A stretch of DNA of 64,000 nucleotides from Ignavibacteriota bacterium (GTDB taxonomy: Bacteria > Bacteroidota > Ignavibacteria > UBA10030 > CAVZMI01): the NCBI GenBank assembly GCA_963835935.1, contig CAWIHK010000002.1, positions 804,108-868,107 of the forward strand, read 5' to 3'. The notes beneath the pieces were generated by a model. The model worked only from the letters and a program-made list of their open reading frames with translations, had not been told where the DNA came from and ran no database searches. The translations under genes were made by a program, and so were the position numbers. Of the stretch, positions 1 through 10,642 are shown piece by piece (positions within the stretch are counted from its first letter, which is position 1; every line of letters starts with the position of its first letter).

Positions 1-1507
1 GCATATCTAAGGCTGATATTGTATTGGGCAGATGTGCAAGCAGATACTCTGTATTATACTTTATAAGTGCGTACGCTTCACTGGTTAATGTTGATGAGCT
101 ATCTACATCGACGTCGTGGAGTACCTGCGAGAGAGTTGAGCGTGTTTGTGATATTTGATTCTTTTGCAATGCTGTTTTTGCGGTTGAAAAATATCCTGTA
201 TATTTATCCGATGTAGGCTGTTGCTTTATCCAACCAAGTTGCCGAGAGCGAGTAGTAAAAGAAGTGAGGGTGTCCAAGAAATTTAATGGCACAAAGGGAT
301 TGGGTGGATCGACAGGGCCGATGGTGGTACCGACATATGAATTATTAAAAAGATCTCGTTCGAGACTTGATTTATAGTTTGGATTATTAATTCCAAAATC
401 AGGGGAAGATCTAAAACCTTGAGCATAATAATTTACAATTTCAGGAAGCGCTTGTGCATGAAGAAGAATACCAACCTGTTTTTTCCCTACCGGCAAGCTA
501 TAACTAAAACCTTGTAACCCCTCGACTTCCCAACTTGCTACAGAAAAATCACGCATCCAACCAATAAAATACCAGTTGACAAGATCAAGAGGAAGAAAAG
601 ATTTTTGCACTCCAGCTAAACTAAAATTCGACATTCGTTGTTTACTGCTTGGACTGTTGCTCCAATAATATTGAAACGCCAGGCTATCTTGAATATTATT
701 CACCACACAATTTACTGCAACAGTAAGATGATTTGCCGGTAAAAATTCATCTCCCGGAATTTGTTTCGTATCCGGCCATACTCCGTATTGCGAACCATTC
801 CAGCTATAGGTTACGTATGGATATGTCTGGATTTGATTATTTGGGAAATATTCAGAGAAATCTTCCTCATGAGAGCCTGGCCAATAACTACGAATAACCA
901 TTGCTGACGATGTGTCATTTTCAATGAGGTCATACAAACTTTCTTCAGCATGTATCATTGTATTACCGTTAATTGGGCTCGTTTGATTGATGATAGTACC
1001 TACCGATCCGTCCCAGCTAATTATCCAAAGATGATTTACCATAATTAGTTGTCGACCTGGGGTATAATCCACAAGAATTTCCACTTTACCATCTCGATTT
1101 ATATCTTTGATTGCATAAATACCAATCCAACCATCCTTAAAAATTGGATCTGAGTACCAGAGAATCTGACCATTTTTGAAGATTCCCATGATCCCATGCT
1201 CTTCATCGTCATCTTTAATTTTCCATACACTGAATAATATGCATCCTTTCAATGTGCCATACGGATCAGTTAATTCTCCCCCATCATGAGTACTCTCATT
1301 CCAAGCTATCATGGAATCAAGTACTGAGATCCCGGCTGTGTATTCAGATCCGAACTTGGCTTGCACTGCAGATATAACCTGAGCCTCGATAACGCCATTC
1401 GGATCATCATCTCCAGGACGATGCCTTTTCGTTTGCGAAATAATTTGTGATTGAAATAAAGAAAAAAATAAAATAATTATGAATATATGATTCGATGTCG
1501 TCTTCAT
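1..1507 (-). CDS. Secreted hypothetical protein. The N-terminus and start codon (ATG near 1507) are in the window; the 3' end runs off the window start. Paralogous to the adjacent 933-aa protein.
   Basis: Manual translation of the minus strand from 1507 gives MKTTSNHIFIIILFFSLFQSQIISQTKRHRPGDD... (signal-peptide-like), open to position 1. Absent from the ORF track, presumably because it is truncated. Shares motifs with ORF 1516..4317 (SYWPGSHEEDF...TYPYVTYSWNG versus LWMRPEWTDDYG...NYPYTLSWRAF). Confidence 0.5.
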   Translation of the reverse strand, partial: MKTTSNHIFIIILFFSLFQSQIISQTKRHRPGDDDPNGVIEAQVISAVQAKFGSEYTAGISVLDSMIAWNESTHDGGELTDPYGTLKGCILFSVWKIKDDDEEHGIMGIFKNGQILWYSDPIFKDGWIGIYAIKDINRDGKVEILVDYTPGRQLIMVNHLWIISWDGSVGTIINQTSPINGNTMIHAEESLYDLIENDTSSAMVIRSYWPGSHEEDFSEYFPNNQIQTYPYVTYSWNGSQYGVWPDTKQIPGDEFLPANHLTVAVNCVVNNIQDSLAFQYYWSNSPSSKQRMSNFSLAGVQKSFLPLDLVNWYFIGWMRDFSVASWEVEGLQGFSYSLPVGKKQVGILLHAQALPEIVNYYAQGFRSSPDFGINNPNYKSSLERDLFNNSYVGTTIGPVDPPNPFVPLNFLDTLTSFTTRSRQLGWIKQQPTSDKYTGYFSTAKTALQKNQISQTRSTLSQVLHDVDVDSSSTLTSEAYALIKYNTEYLLAHLPNTISALDM

Positions 1508-1515
1508 GGTTCACC

Positions 1516-4317
1516 TTAATTCGATTGAGGATAAAATATTTTGGCATTTTTAAAAACGCTTGCAGAATAACCATCTCCATTATTGTAGTTCACGAAAGAG
1601 TCCATCCAGGTTTGTTCCCATCCTTTAGGCCATTGAGATTCTGGAATATCCCCGCTAAAGCGCAAACCTAGATTTTTCTCTGTGAATGCCTTATAAAGAG
1701 GCATTTCTACAAGCTCATCGTTTAATTCCTCTGGCGCTGAACTTAACGCAATTGATTTACCTGCGTTATATCCTTGTGTAAGTGCAGTTGTATAAAGCAT
1801 CTGAATGAAACCGAAAGAAGCTGCTTTCCGCGTTTGAGCTATATCTGTATATGTTTTTCGTATATCACGTTGAATTAACATTGTTGCAATTGAATATGGC
1901 GTTTCACCGGAGAATGGAACCAAATATGCGTCACGCCATTCATTATAATATTTACGAAATCGTTTTGTTAATCCAGTGTCCCCGATGATCGTGATTGTAT
2001 TTGCGTTCACATATTTACTCCAATTATTAATTGCATAATCTGCAATTGAAATTGGTTCGGTTGGATAGTAGAGAGGTTTAACGTTTTTGTGATCAAGAGG
2101 AACAACCTTTCCTTCTCCCATCTTCCCTGCCTCGCCTGTAATCCAAAATGGTTGTCGCATATATGCTTTTGAATTCGCTTTTGCATTATTATGAACGAAA
2201 TTATAATCCGCCCATGGTTCGTATCGATAACATGGCCAAAAGTTTCCAGCTTCTCTATAAGATTCCTGATACATTTGCCCTTTGATTACCTGAGGCGGAA
2301 TTCCGATATTGCCGCCATACCATATGCAAATAGAATCTATATCAATCCGTTCATCTCTTATATTCCAGGCTTCATTGTACCATGGTGGTGATGAGGTTAG
2401 ATTGTAAAGTTTTACCGGTTTCTTCACTTCTATACTAATATCACCCGATCGTGTTCCATCCAATGTCGTTGCGTAAAGATGAGCTTTGTATGTTTTGGCC
2501 GGTGCCCAATATCTACCAATGATTCGGATGAACCAATTTTTACCCAAATCGTTTCCTTTATCATTCTTATACTCGTAATATACGCCAAGTTTGTCATCAT
2601 TAGCATTTTTCGTTACAGAAAAATTTACGTCCAAAATACCTGGTGTAACAGATTGGCTTGGATCAGTTTCACTTTCTTGAACAATTAATTTGCTGTCGTC
2701 ATCTGGATCTTCTGTTGCCCAGTAATACTTCGTCTGTCCTAGCAATATATCAGCGCTCTTTACCGGTATACTATCCGAACCCGCCTGCGTATATAGAAAT
2801 TGAATGTCTTTTATCTTCCCCGATTTCTTTATCAGACTTTCTGGTCTTGCTCTCTTAACTTGTTTTACACTCTTTACAATGGCCGCATCCTTCGGTTTTG
2901 TTCCTTCGGTGAAGGTATTTTTTGTTTCCTGTTTAAACAGCTCATTCATTATCTGTCTATATTTTTTCTTTCCGCTAAATGCAAGCGTTGGGTTTTTGCC
3001 TTTTTTCCCAAGCAAGACAGGGCCAGAGTGTAAAGCTCCCAAAGGGACAGGTCCCTTGGAAACAATTCCCATAGGAACGGATCTATTAGGTACAGTTCCA
3101 ATAGGCACAACAGAACACATCGGCAATGAGGGTGCAAGCCCAACTCGTATCTGTGCGCAAACACTGTCGGCATCTAAATCTTGCGCTCCGATGAACCATA
3201 ACTGACCTGTAACATTTTGAAAATAGGTTGCAGTATCGCCCCACTCATCGAGCAACGTCCCGTAATAATCATTTCCCAATATACCAATTTCTCTTGAATC
3301 AAAATATTCATTCGTGTCAACTACTCCATCTGATCTCTGATGCATGTGAATTACTGCGGTATCACCTGTGTATAACTGTTTCGGTTCACAGGTAACGAAA
3401 ATTGTATCGTGCGGCAGATAATAAACCGTATCGGTTCGTGTAAAATTTCTTGTCGATGTTTGAACCACACAATATTTATCGGCCGTGTCGGGTACGTCTC
3501 TGTCTACCTCAAGATATACTGTTTCTTGACATGATAATATGGTCATCTGCGATGCAGTATCGGTCTCCGTGCACAGATGGGCGTATTTATCGCCTTTTGT
3601 TATCGTTACGTTTACCGAATCGACCATCGGACACCAATATGGTGGCGGAGTTGATACTCTATGGTCGATCACTTCACCATCGAACCTAATCTCATTCACC
3701 TTTCCCTGAGTTATTGTTTCTGAGAGAGGTTTATCGAATGTGCTTAAATTAAAAATATAGAATTCCCAACATACATTCCAAAAACTATGACAGACTAAGC
3801 TATCGACGTAATAAACATCGAAATCCGGTCTATCGCAAATCAGACTATCGCCATTCATCCCTATACCGTATATTTTTTTACCATCGACAAACGCTCTCCA
3901 TGAGAGAGTATAAGGATAGTTTGTTGGATTTCCCCCTCCATGTTCCGGCGCTACAGCAAAATATCCTTGGCCTAAGTATTCTTCAACATATGTATTAAGC
4001 TGTGGTCTATATTCTTCACATGCATCCATCTGACCCGGGATAATCATCCCGTAGTCATCGGTCCATTCGGGACGCATCCATAACCACAATAATGGTTGAA
4101 AGTTGGGGTCAGCAGGTGTAATCGTAAACTCAACATACAGATCGTGAAGATAACCGTTGTAATGTAAACGGGTTGGCGGCGCATCATCAGTCGATATCCC
4201 CGGGTTGATTCGAATACTCTTTTGTATCCGAATTTGGCCGAGGGCAACTGCCGAGAGTAACACCGCACAAACTATTGTTCGGAGGAATAAGTAGGTAAAA
4301 CTATTTCTTTCTCTCAT
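1516..4317 (-). CDS. Large secreted hypothetical protein (933 aa). N-terminal signal peptide. Internal low-complexity VPIGTVPNRSVPMGIVSKGPVPLG stretch.
   Basis: Long ORF with signal peptide MRERNSFTYLFLRTIVCAVLLSAVALGQ. I do not recognise a catalytic motif. Confidence 0.6.
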   Translation of the reverse strand: MRERNSFTYLFLRTIVCAVLLSAVALGQIRIQKSIRINPGISTDDAPPTRLHYNGYLHDLYVEFTITPADPNFQPLLWLWMRPEWTDDYGMIIPGQMDACEEYRPQLNTYVEEYLGQGYFAVAPEHGGGNPTNYPYTLSWRAFVDGKKIYGIGMNGDSLICDRPDFDVYYVDSLVCHSFWNVCWEFYIFNLSTFDKPLSETITQGKVNEIRFDGEVIDHRVSTPPPYWCPMVDSVNVTITKGDKYAHLCTETDTASQMTILSCQETVYLEVDRDVPDTADKYCVVQTSTRNFTRTDTVYYLPHDTIFVTCEPKQLYTGDTAVIHMHQRSDGVVDTNEYFDSREIGILGNDYYGTLLDEWGDTATYFQNVTGQLWFIGAQDLDADSVCAQIRVGLAPSLPMCSVVPIGTVPNRSVPMGIVSKGPVPLGALHSGPVLLGKKGKNPTLAFSGKKKYRQIMNELFKQETKNTFTEGTKPKDAAIVKSVKQVKRARPESLIKKSGKIKDIQFLYTQAGSDSIPVKSADILLGQTKYYWATEDPDDDSKLIVQESETDPSQSVTPGILDVNFSVTKNANDDKLGVYYEYKNDKGNDLGKNWFIRIIGRYWAPAKTYKAHLYATTLDGTRSGDISIEVKKPVKLYNLTSSPPWYNEAWNIRDERIDIDSICIWYGGNIGIPPQVIKGQMYQESYREAGNFWPCYRYEPWADYNFVHNNAKANSKAYMRQPFWITGEAGKMGEGKVVPLDHKNVKPLYYPTEPISIADYAINNWSKYVNANTITIIGDTGLTKRFRKYYNEWRDAYLVPFSGETPYSIATMLIQRDIRKTYTDIAQTRKAASFGFIQMLYTTALTQGYNAGKSIALSSAPEELNDELVEMPLYKAFTEKNLGLRFSGDIPESQWPKGWEQTWMDSFVNYNNGDGYSASVFKNAKIFYPQSN

Positions 4318-4660
4318 AGGCGCACACTTCTCCTTTGTATAAGTATAATTACCAAGCTCATTAGCAAGATCTGGCTCGTTGAAGAGGCAGTAATACTATG
4401 TTTTATAGTTACGGCAGGTATTTTAGGATGCTAAAAAACTCTCCACATCCTTGATAGCCATCCTGACCACATTACAAATCCTGCCTATAGTGTTGCCCAA
4501 TAAGAAAAATATATACGCAAATAAAGCTGAACATTGAAACTTTATATGCGAATGATAATAAATTATTCTTTGTAAGTCAAGAAAAAAAATAAAAAGTGAA
4601 GTTTTTTCACCTGCAACAAAATCTGGGGAAGGCGGTTTAGATTTTCTATCGAGAGAATGC

Positions 4661-5815
4661 TTATCGCGTTAATCGCAATATAAATCGACTTCCCACATTA
4701 GGCGTACTTTGAACCGTAAGGCTTCCACCGTTAAATTCAGCAAAACTTCGGGCTATGTAAAGACCGAGACCAATTCCTTGTTGTTCGATCTGGTTGCGGC
4801 CACTCTGAAAATATTTTTCAAAAATGCTTTCTTGCTCCGATTCCTCGATACCCGGTCCAGTGTCCCGAACAGACACTTCCACTTCTCCTCCCTCTCCCTG
4901 CAATTGCATTCTAATAACACCATCTTTAGGCGTATAGAATATGGCATTGTCCATGAGCCGTCGGAGTATTTCTCGTATTTGTATTTCACAGGAGAGAACG
5001 TATACCGGCGAACTCGGAATTTCCTTTATGAAAGTTATTTTCTTCTTTATTGCTTTATCAGCATAATAAAGTTTGATATCATCGAGTATTCTTGTAAGAT
5101 CGATCAGTGATCGGAAATTTCGAGCTTCGTTTGCAGCATAACCGGCTTCGATTCGCGCTACAGTTAAAAATTCTTCCATCAAAGTTTGCAGACGATCTGT
5201 TCCATCTCGCAATATCTCATAAAATTTTTTTAAACTATCGTCATCGAAAACCACAGTATCGTCTAATAAAATATCGGCGACACCCTTGATGTGGGTTAGA
5301 GGTGTGCGCAATTCATGCGAGAAGAGATGGAGTAATTTCTTTTTCGTGGAATCGACCTCGTTGGTGACTGCGTTTTTAATTTGAGTCGCACGGCGAAGCC
5401 GTCCCTTCATGATCGATAGAAGAAGGACAATATCGACCGGCTTTGAAATGAAATCATCGACACCGAGTTCTTTGCTTTTTTTATATGATTCAAAATCGTT
5501 GTACCCGGAAACAAAAATAACAGGTATACCGCTCCATTTATCATTCCTCTCGAGTCGCCTGAAGAATTCAAATCCATCCATCTTAGGCATCTGAATATCG
5601 GAAATGATCAAGTCGGGTGTTACATTAAATAGCAGAGTGATCGCTTGTTGTCCATCTTCCGCTTGGACAACGGTATATCCTTCTTCTTCCAGAATGCCGC
5701 CAAGAACCCGCCGGAGATCTTGATCGTCATCAACTAATAGAACAGTATATGATTGTTTCTGAGAATTCGAAGTCTTAAGAAAACTTTCCAGACTGTAATC
5801 AACTGATTGGACCAT
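4661..5815 (-). CDS. Response-regulator receiver domain fused to a histidine kinase (REC-HisKA-HATPase_c).
   Basis: N-terminal REC (LLVDDDQDLRRVL...DIQMPKMDG...). H-box HELRTPLTHI. C-terminal ATPase G-box motifs (DTGPGI, GIGLGLYIARS). Confidence 0.8.
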   Translation of the reverse strand: MVQSVDYSLESFLKTSNSQKQSYTVLLVDDDQDLRRVLGGILEEEGYTVVQAEDGQQAITLLFNVTPDLIISDIQMPKMDGFEFFRRLERNDKWSGIPVIFVSGYNDFESYKKSKELGVDDFISKPVDIVLLLSIMKGRLRRATQIKNAVTNEVDSTKKKLLHLFSHELRTPLTHIKGVADILLDDTVVFDDDSLKKFYEILRDGTDRLQTLMEEFLTVARIEAGYAANEARNFRSLIDLTRILDDIKLYYADKAIKKKITFIKEIPSSPVYVLSCEIQIREILRRLMDNAIFYTPKDGVIRMQLQGEGGEVEVSVRDTGPGIEESEQESIFEKYFQSGRNQIEQQGIGLGLYIARSFAEFNGGSLTVQSTPNVGSRFILRLTR

Positions 5816-5901
5816 GATATCCCCCTTTATAATTTTTCCTCTGTGAAAATACTAAATAAGTGAGATATCATTTGCTGTGATGAATTCCACAATAGAGAAT
5901 T

Positions 5902-6513
5902 TTAACGAAAAACACACCTTTTTTCGAGAGAATCACGAAGCCGCTGTAAATATTCCTCTCTCGAAATTTCGATGGCTCCAAGCGAGGAGAGATGAGGAGT
6001 AAGAAACTGAGTATCGAGTAGTGTAAAGCCCTGAATGAAAAGTCGTTCAACGAGTGCAACAAGCGCTACCTTTGACGCATCTCTTTTCAGCGAGAACATC
6101 GATTCACCAAAAAAAGCGCCGCCAAGAGAAACACCGTACAAACCGCCAACGAGCATATTATCGCAGTATGTTTCAACACTATGAGCAAATCCGAGAGAAA
6201 ATAATCTTTCATACGCCTCGATGATAGCTTCCGAAATCCACGTCTGAGAACGCCGCGAACACATTCGTATAACGTCGGCGAATGCCGTGTCGAATCTGGT
6301 TTCAAAGATATTTTTTTTTAATACTTGACGGAGGCTTCTGGATATTTTAATCTTATCCAACTCAAATATACCTCGAGGATCGGGAGAATACCACCTTATC
6401 TCACCGTTCATTTCATCGGCCATCGGGAAATAACCGCCTGCATACGCCATCAATAAAAATTCAGGCGAGAGCTCGTCAATCTCGGGTTCCATTTGCCGAC
6501 TCTTCTTTGTCAT
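5902..6513 (-). CDS. aat: Leucyl/phenylalanyl-tRNA--protein transferase.
   Basis: Matches the Aat family pattern (LSPEFLLMAYAGGYFPM...WYSPDPRGIF). Length 203 aa. Confidence 0.8.
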   Translation of the reverse strand: MTKKSRQMEPEIDELSPEFLLMAYAGGYFPMADEMNGEIRWYSPDPRGIFELDKIKISRSLRQVLKKNIFETRFDTAFADVIRMCSRRSQTWISEAIIEAYERLFSLGFAHSVETYCDNMLVGGLYGVSLGGAFFGESMFSLKRDASKVALVALVERLFIQGFTLLDTQFLTPHLSSLGAIEISREEYLQRLRDSLEKRCVFR

Positions 6514-6530
6514 AACATCTTCAATCCAAA

Positions 6531-7313
6531 TTACTGATTTCGATGAACCAGTGATACTGATGACTGGGCCACGGGCATCAAAATAATTTCGTTGATATTC
6601 ACATGGGGCGGCCGCGTGGCACAGTATACGACCGCATCGGCAATATCGTCTGGACTCAACGGCTGCATTCCATCGTACACTTTTTTAGCTCGATCCCGAT
6701 CTCCGTGAAAACGAACGATACTAAATTCAGTTTCCACCAAACCCGGGTCGATAGAACTTACACGCACAGAAGTGCCGAGTAAATCCATTTTCAATCCTTC
6801 ACTCAATGCCTTCACCGCATGCTTCGAGGCGCAATAGACATTCCCTCCGGGGTAAACACTGTGTCCGGCAATCGAACCGATGTTGATGATATGGCCGCGA
6901 TTTCTTTCGACCATTCCCGGCAAAACAGTTCGCGTAATATAGAGTAGACCTTTTACATTTGTATCGATCATTTCGTCCCAATCGCTCACAAGGCCACTTT
7001 GCAATTTATCCAGGCCGCGGCTCAGTCCTGCATTGTTAACCAGCACATCAATGCTCTTCCATTCCTCGGGAAGTGATGCAATAGTTTTCTTAACTTCCTC
7101 AAAATTTCTGACATCGAGTTGGAAAGAATGTGTTTTGATGGAATATTCCTTCCGTAATTTTTCGGCAAGAGCATCGACGCGATCTACGCGCCGGGCACAC
7201 AATAAAAGATTCGCACCGAGCGCCGCAAAAGCTTTTGCACATGAAACGCCGATACCGCTGGAGGCGCCGGTGATGAAGACGATTGAATTTTGTAATTGAT
7301 GGCGAGCATCCAT
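6531..7313 (-). CDS. SDR family NAD(P)-dependent oxidoreductase.
   Basis: Rossmann motif ITGASSGIG. NNAG. Catalytic YxxxK (YCASKHAVK). Confidence 0.8.
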   Translation of the reverse strand: MDARHQLQNSIVFITGASSGIGVSCAKAFAALGANLLLCARRVDRVDALAEKLRKEYSIKTHSFQLDVRNFEEVKKTIASLPEEWKSIDVLVNNAGLSRGLDKLQSGLVSDWDEMIDTNVKGLLYITRTVLPGMVERNRGHIINIGSIAGHSVYPGGNVYCASKHAVKALSEGLKMDLLGTSVRVSSIDPGLVETEFSIVRFHGDRDRAKKVYDGMQPLSPDDIADAVVYCATRPPHVNINEIILMPVAQSSVSLVHRNQ

Positions 7314-7333
7314 TTTACTTACCCTTAAAAAGA

Positions 7334-8044
7334 TTATAAAATATTTTTCACTCGTTTAAAGATTGCATCCAGCATTTTCTCCGTCAATTTTCCTGTGAAG
7401 GTATTTTGTTGACTCGGGTGAAATGAACCGATCAGTACTAGATCGTCAGCCAACATGATTTCGATTTCATGTTTGAATGATGGTTTCTTCGGAAGAATAA
7501 CTGCCGGGTTTTGTTTTTTCAGAAAATCTATCATTGTGTTATACACATTATCGTAAGCTACTTTCCCGAGCGCGACAATAACTTTAACATTCTTCAATAA
7601 TCTAATTTCACGAAATAAATGTTTCCGGCAATTTTTGATTTCATCCGGAAGAAGTTTGTTTTGCGGCGGCGCACAACGGCATATCGCAGTGATGAAGCAA
7701 TTTTTAAGATGTAATCCATCTTTACAATCGGAGGAGATTGGTTGATTTGTAAAACCTGCTTTGAACAATGCGCGATACAGCCAATCGCCGCTACGGTCGC
7801 CGGTAAACATGCGGCCGGTCCGGTTGCCTCCATGCGCGGCCGGAGCTAATCCCACGATAAGCAAACTTGCATCAGGATCGCCAAATGCAGGAACCGGTTT
7901 TCCCCAATAATCATATTCGCTGAAGCGTTTGACTTTTTCTCTGGCGACTTTTTCACGCCAAGCGACAAGACGCGAACAAAGTCGACAGGAACTAACCGAA
8001 GCAAATATCTTGTCGAATTCTTTTTGCCGAAACGATTTCATCAA
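7334..8044 (-). CDS. Uracil-DNA glycosylase superfamily protein, family 4/5-like.
   Basis: Motif GLAPAAHGGNRTGRMFTGDRSG resembles the UDGb (family 5) GLAPA motif that replaces GEGPG. Several Cys residues consistent with a 4Fe-4S cluster. Confidence 0.65.
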   Translation of the reverse strand: MMKSFRQKEFDKIFASVSSCRLCSRLVAWREKVAREKVKRFSEYDYWGKPVPAFGDPDASLLIVGLAPAAHGGNRTGRMFTGDRSGDWLYRALFKAGFTNQPISSDCKDGLHLKNCFITAICRCAPPQNKLLPDEIKNCRKHLFREIRLLKNVKVIVALGKVAYDNVYNTMIDFLKKQNPAVILPKKPSFKHEIEIMLADDLVLIGSFHPSQQNTFTGKLTEKMLDAIFKRVKNIL

Positions 8045-8827
8045 TCATTCAGGATTCATTTTTACGAGGAAATCGCCCAACCTTTTATTAAATTCCTGAG
8101 GATTTTCAAGATTGCTCAAATGAGCCGCATTCGGGATTATATAAAATTCCGACCGGGGGATTCGTTGCTGCATCGCCTTTCCAGCAGCCGGCGGCGTTAG
8201 AGCATCATGTTCACCAATCATAATTAATGTCGGGACTTTTATTGAAACCAGGGATGATGTTGTGTCCGTTCTTGAAGCTAAAGCAAGCATCGTTCCGGCA
8301 AGTCCGAATGGCGAATTACGCGCGATGATATCCTGGATTTTTTCGATGAGTTCAGCATTATTGATAAATGTAAGTGGAGCAAAAACTGTTTTGATGAATT
8401 CACGTGCGAATTTTCCTGAACCATTTTCTTTCACATCCTTTATCAACCGAAACCGGTTTATTTTCGCCTGGTTCGAATCCTGCTCACTTTTTGTATCGCA
8501 TAATACCAATGCGCAAATGCGTTCCGGAAATCTTTCGACAGCTCGAAGAGCGATGTAACCGCCCATCGAAAGTCCGACAAGCACTGCACGTTTTATTTTC
8601 AGTTCGTCGAGAAGTTGAAGAAGATCATCGACAAAATATTCGATCGTGTACTGACCATCGCTGACCGGGCTGCTGCCGTGGCCTCGTACATCGTAAGCGA
8701 CAATCCTAAACTTATTTTTAAAATATTCAACCTGAGGTTGCCACATCGCGTGGCTGAATGGAAATCCATGTATGAATATTAGAGGTAAACCGCTTGTCCG
8801 TCCTTCTTCACGCACGAAGAGATTCAT
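8045..8827 (-). CDS. Alpha/beta-fold hydrolase.
   Basis: Nucleophile elbow GLSMGG. HGFP...HAMW N-terminal pattern typical of the family. Confidence 0.75.
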   Translation of the reverse strand: MNLFVREEGRTSGLPLIFIHGFPFSHAMWQPQVEYFKNKFRIVAYDVRGHGSSPVSDGQYTIEYFVDDLLQLLDELKIKRAVLVGLSMGGYIALRAVERFPERICALVLCDTKSEQDSNQAKINRFRLIKDVKENGSGKFAREFIKTVFAPLTFINNAELIEKIQDIIARNSPFGLAGTMLALASRTDTTSSLVSIKVPTLIMIGEHDALTPPAAGKAMQQRIPRSEFYIIPNAAHLSNLENPQEFNKRLGDFLVKMNPE

Positions 8828-8839
8828 TGTAGTTCTCCA

Positions 8840-9955
8840 TTAATGCTTTTCATTCGCTTCCATAACACGAAGTATATTTTCACCAAGAATTTTTTTTATC
8901 TCACTCTCCGAGTGTCCGCGCCGGAGCAATTCATATGTTATAAACGGCAGTTTGCTCACATCCTCCATACCAACCGGCACAACGTTGATTCCATCGAAAT
9001 CAGAGCCAAGACCAACATGATCGATTCCTGCAACATTGATTACATGTTCGATATGATCTACAATTTTTGATGCAGGAGGCGGATCGATTTTCATGTTCGT
9101 ATGTTTTTTTTGCGCTTCATTATATTTGTCTTTATATGCAGCATCTAAAAAAACCGGATAAAAATTTACCATCACAACACCATTATTTTTTTTCACTGCC
9201 AAAAGTAACGAATCGGAAATATTGCGCCGAGTCCTGCACAAAGCACGGCATGCAGAGTGAGACGCGATGACCGGTTTCGAACTCAGCGCTATCGCCTGCA
9301 TCGCAGCCTTATCCGATATATGTGAAACATCTACCATAATTCCGTACTTGTTCATTTCCGCGATCACCTGTTTTCCATAAGGACTTAATCCGCCCCACTT
9401 TTCATCTTTATCAGTCGATGAATCGCATATTTTGTTGTTGCGAACATGAGTCAATGTAATATAACGAATTCCAAGATCATAAAATTTTTGGACAAGTGGA
9501 AGCGATTCAACAGGCGATCCATTTTCCATCCCCATAAGTATAGCACACTTGCCTTCCTTCTTCAAGCGCCGGATATCTGTTGAAGAAGTAGCAATAGCTG
9601 CAAGCGCCTGGTATCTAGAAATCGCATTTCGTACGGTATCGATGCTGCGGAACGCAATTGCGGAAGGATTATTGTTATCATCGTCGTTCCGTATATAAAT
9701 CGAAAAAAATTCGGCAGTCAGTCCCCCTTCTTTCATTCGAATCAGATCAAGGTGGCCATCAACATTCCTTTTCCCAATATCGAATTTTTTATCGGTCAGC
9801 AACCGTTCCGTCACATCACAATGAGTATCGACGACAATTGATGAAAGATGAAGTTTCAACGCTCTCTCACGCAGCAAGGAATCGGTTTTTTCCTGCACAT
9901 AAGTAGTATGATATGAAAATAAAAATATTGAAATAGTAAATAATATTTTAAGCAT
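8840..9955 (-). CDS. Membrane dipeptidase (peptidase family M19).
   Basis: VDTHCD motif, HVRNN and VSHIS motifs. Signal peptide. Confidence 0.8.
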   Translation of the reverse strand: MLKILFTISIFLFSYHTTYVQEKTDSLLRERALKLHLSSIVVDTHCDVTERLLTDKKFDIGKRNVDGHLDLIRMKEGGLTAEFFSIYIRNDDDNNNPSAIAFRSIDTVRNAISRYQALAAIATSSTDIRRLKKEGKCAILMGMENGSPVESLPLVQKFYDLGIRYITLTHVRNNKICDSSTDKDEKWGGLSPYGKQVIAEMNKYGIMVDVSHISDKAAMQAIALSSKPVIASHSACRALCRTRRNISDSLLLAVKKNNGVVMVNFYPVFLDAAYKDKYNEAQKKHTNMKIDPPPASKIVDHIEHVINVAGIDHVGLGSDFDGINVVPVGMEDVSKLPFITYELLRRGHSESEIKKILGENILRVMEANEKH

Positions 9956-9971
9956 TAAGAACTCTAAGAGA

Positions 9972-10526
9972 TCATTGAGTAAGTTGTAGTTGATCGAAAG
10001 CGTTTTTCTTCCAGTAGAACAACACCGATCCGCGTTTGTAATATATCAGTTGAATTGCATCATGCGGCACATTAAACGTCTTTCGATCGGACAGTCCAAG
10101 CAGTGATCGTCCAAGCACTTTTTGGATATACGCATCTTCTTCACCTGATGCAAAAAATGGAAATTCTTTTATGCTAATAATATGAAATTTATTTTTTTTT
10201 GTCTGAAGCGCGACAAGCAGGCGCATTCCGCCGCCGCTCTTCCCAAGAATTGCCGCATCGATTTGATTATTTCCGTCAAAATCGCCGGTGCAAAACGACA
10301 AAAATTCATCGGTTCTATTACGAACTTTTGACCGGACTGCCGATTCAAAATCCATTTCACAAAGCGGCACGAATAACGAATCGAACGACATGATAGCTTT
10401 TTGCAGCGGTTTTGATAAAACAACAACATGGCCGTTCGTGGTTGAACGAATTGAAACCGGCGCTTGTTGGGCCTGAATTGGAACAAGACCGGTAAAGGTC
10501 AAAAGAATGAATGAGTATAGTCGCAT
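9972..10526 (-). CDS. Secreted hypothetical protein.
   Basis: Signal peptide MRLYSFILLTFTGLVPIQAQ. No recognised domain. Confidence 0.45.
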   Translation of the reverse strand: MRLYSFILLTFTGLVPIQAQQAPVSIRSTTNGHVVVLSKPLQKAIMSFDSLFVPLCEMDFESAVRSKVRNRTDEFLSFCTGDFDGNNQIDAAILGKSGGGMRLLVALQTKKNKFHIISIKEFPFFASGEEDAYIQKVLGRSLLGLSDRKTFNVPHDAIQLIYYKRGSVLFYWKKNAFDQLQLTQ

Positions 10527-10642
10527 AGTTATTGCAGGAATTTAATTAATTGTACAAAAAGATAGCGGGAAATGCAATGTTATAGAACACGTCGCATCAT
10601 TATTGGATTATTGGATGAATGTAATTTCAATTGCCAAAATCA

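Noticed and set aside
8455-8485. tRNA-like T-loop sequence GGTTCGAATCC.
   Set aside because: The flanking bases do not form a T stem or acceptor stem. It lies inside the alpha/beta hydrolase coding sequence. No tRNA was found in the window.
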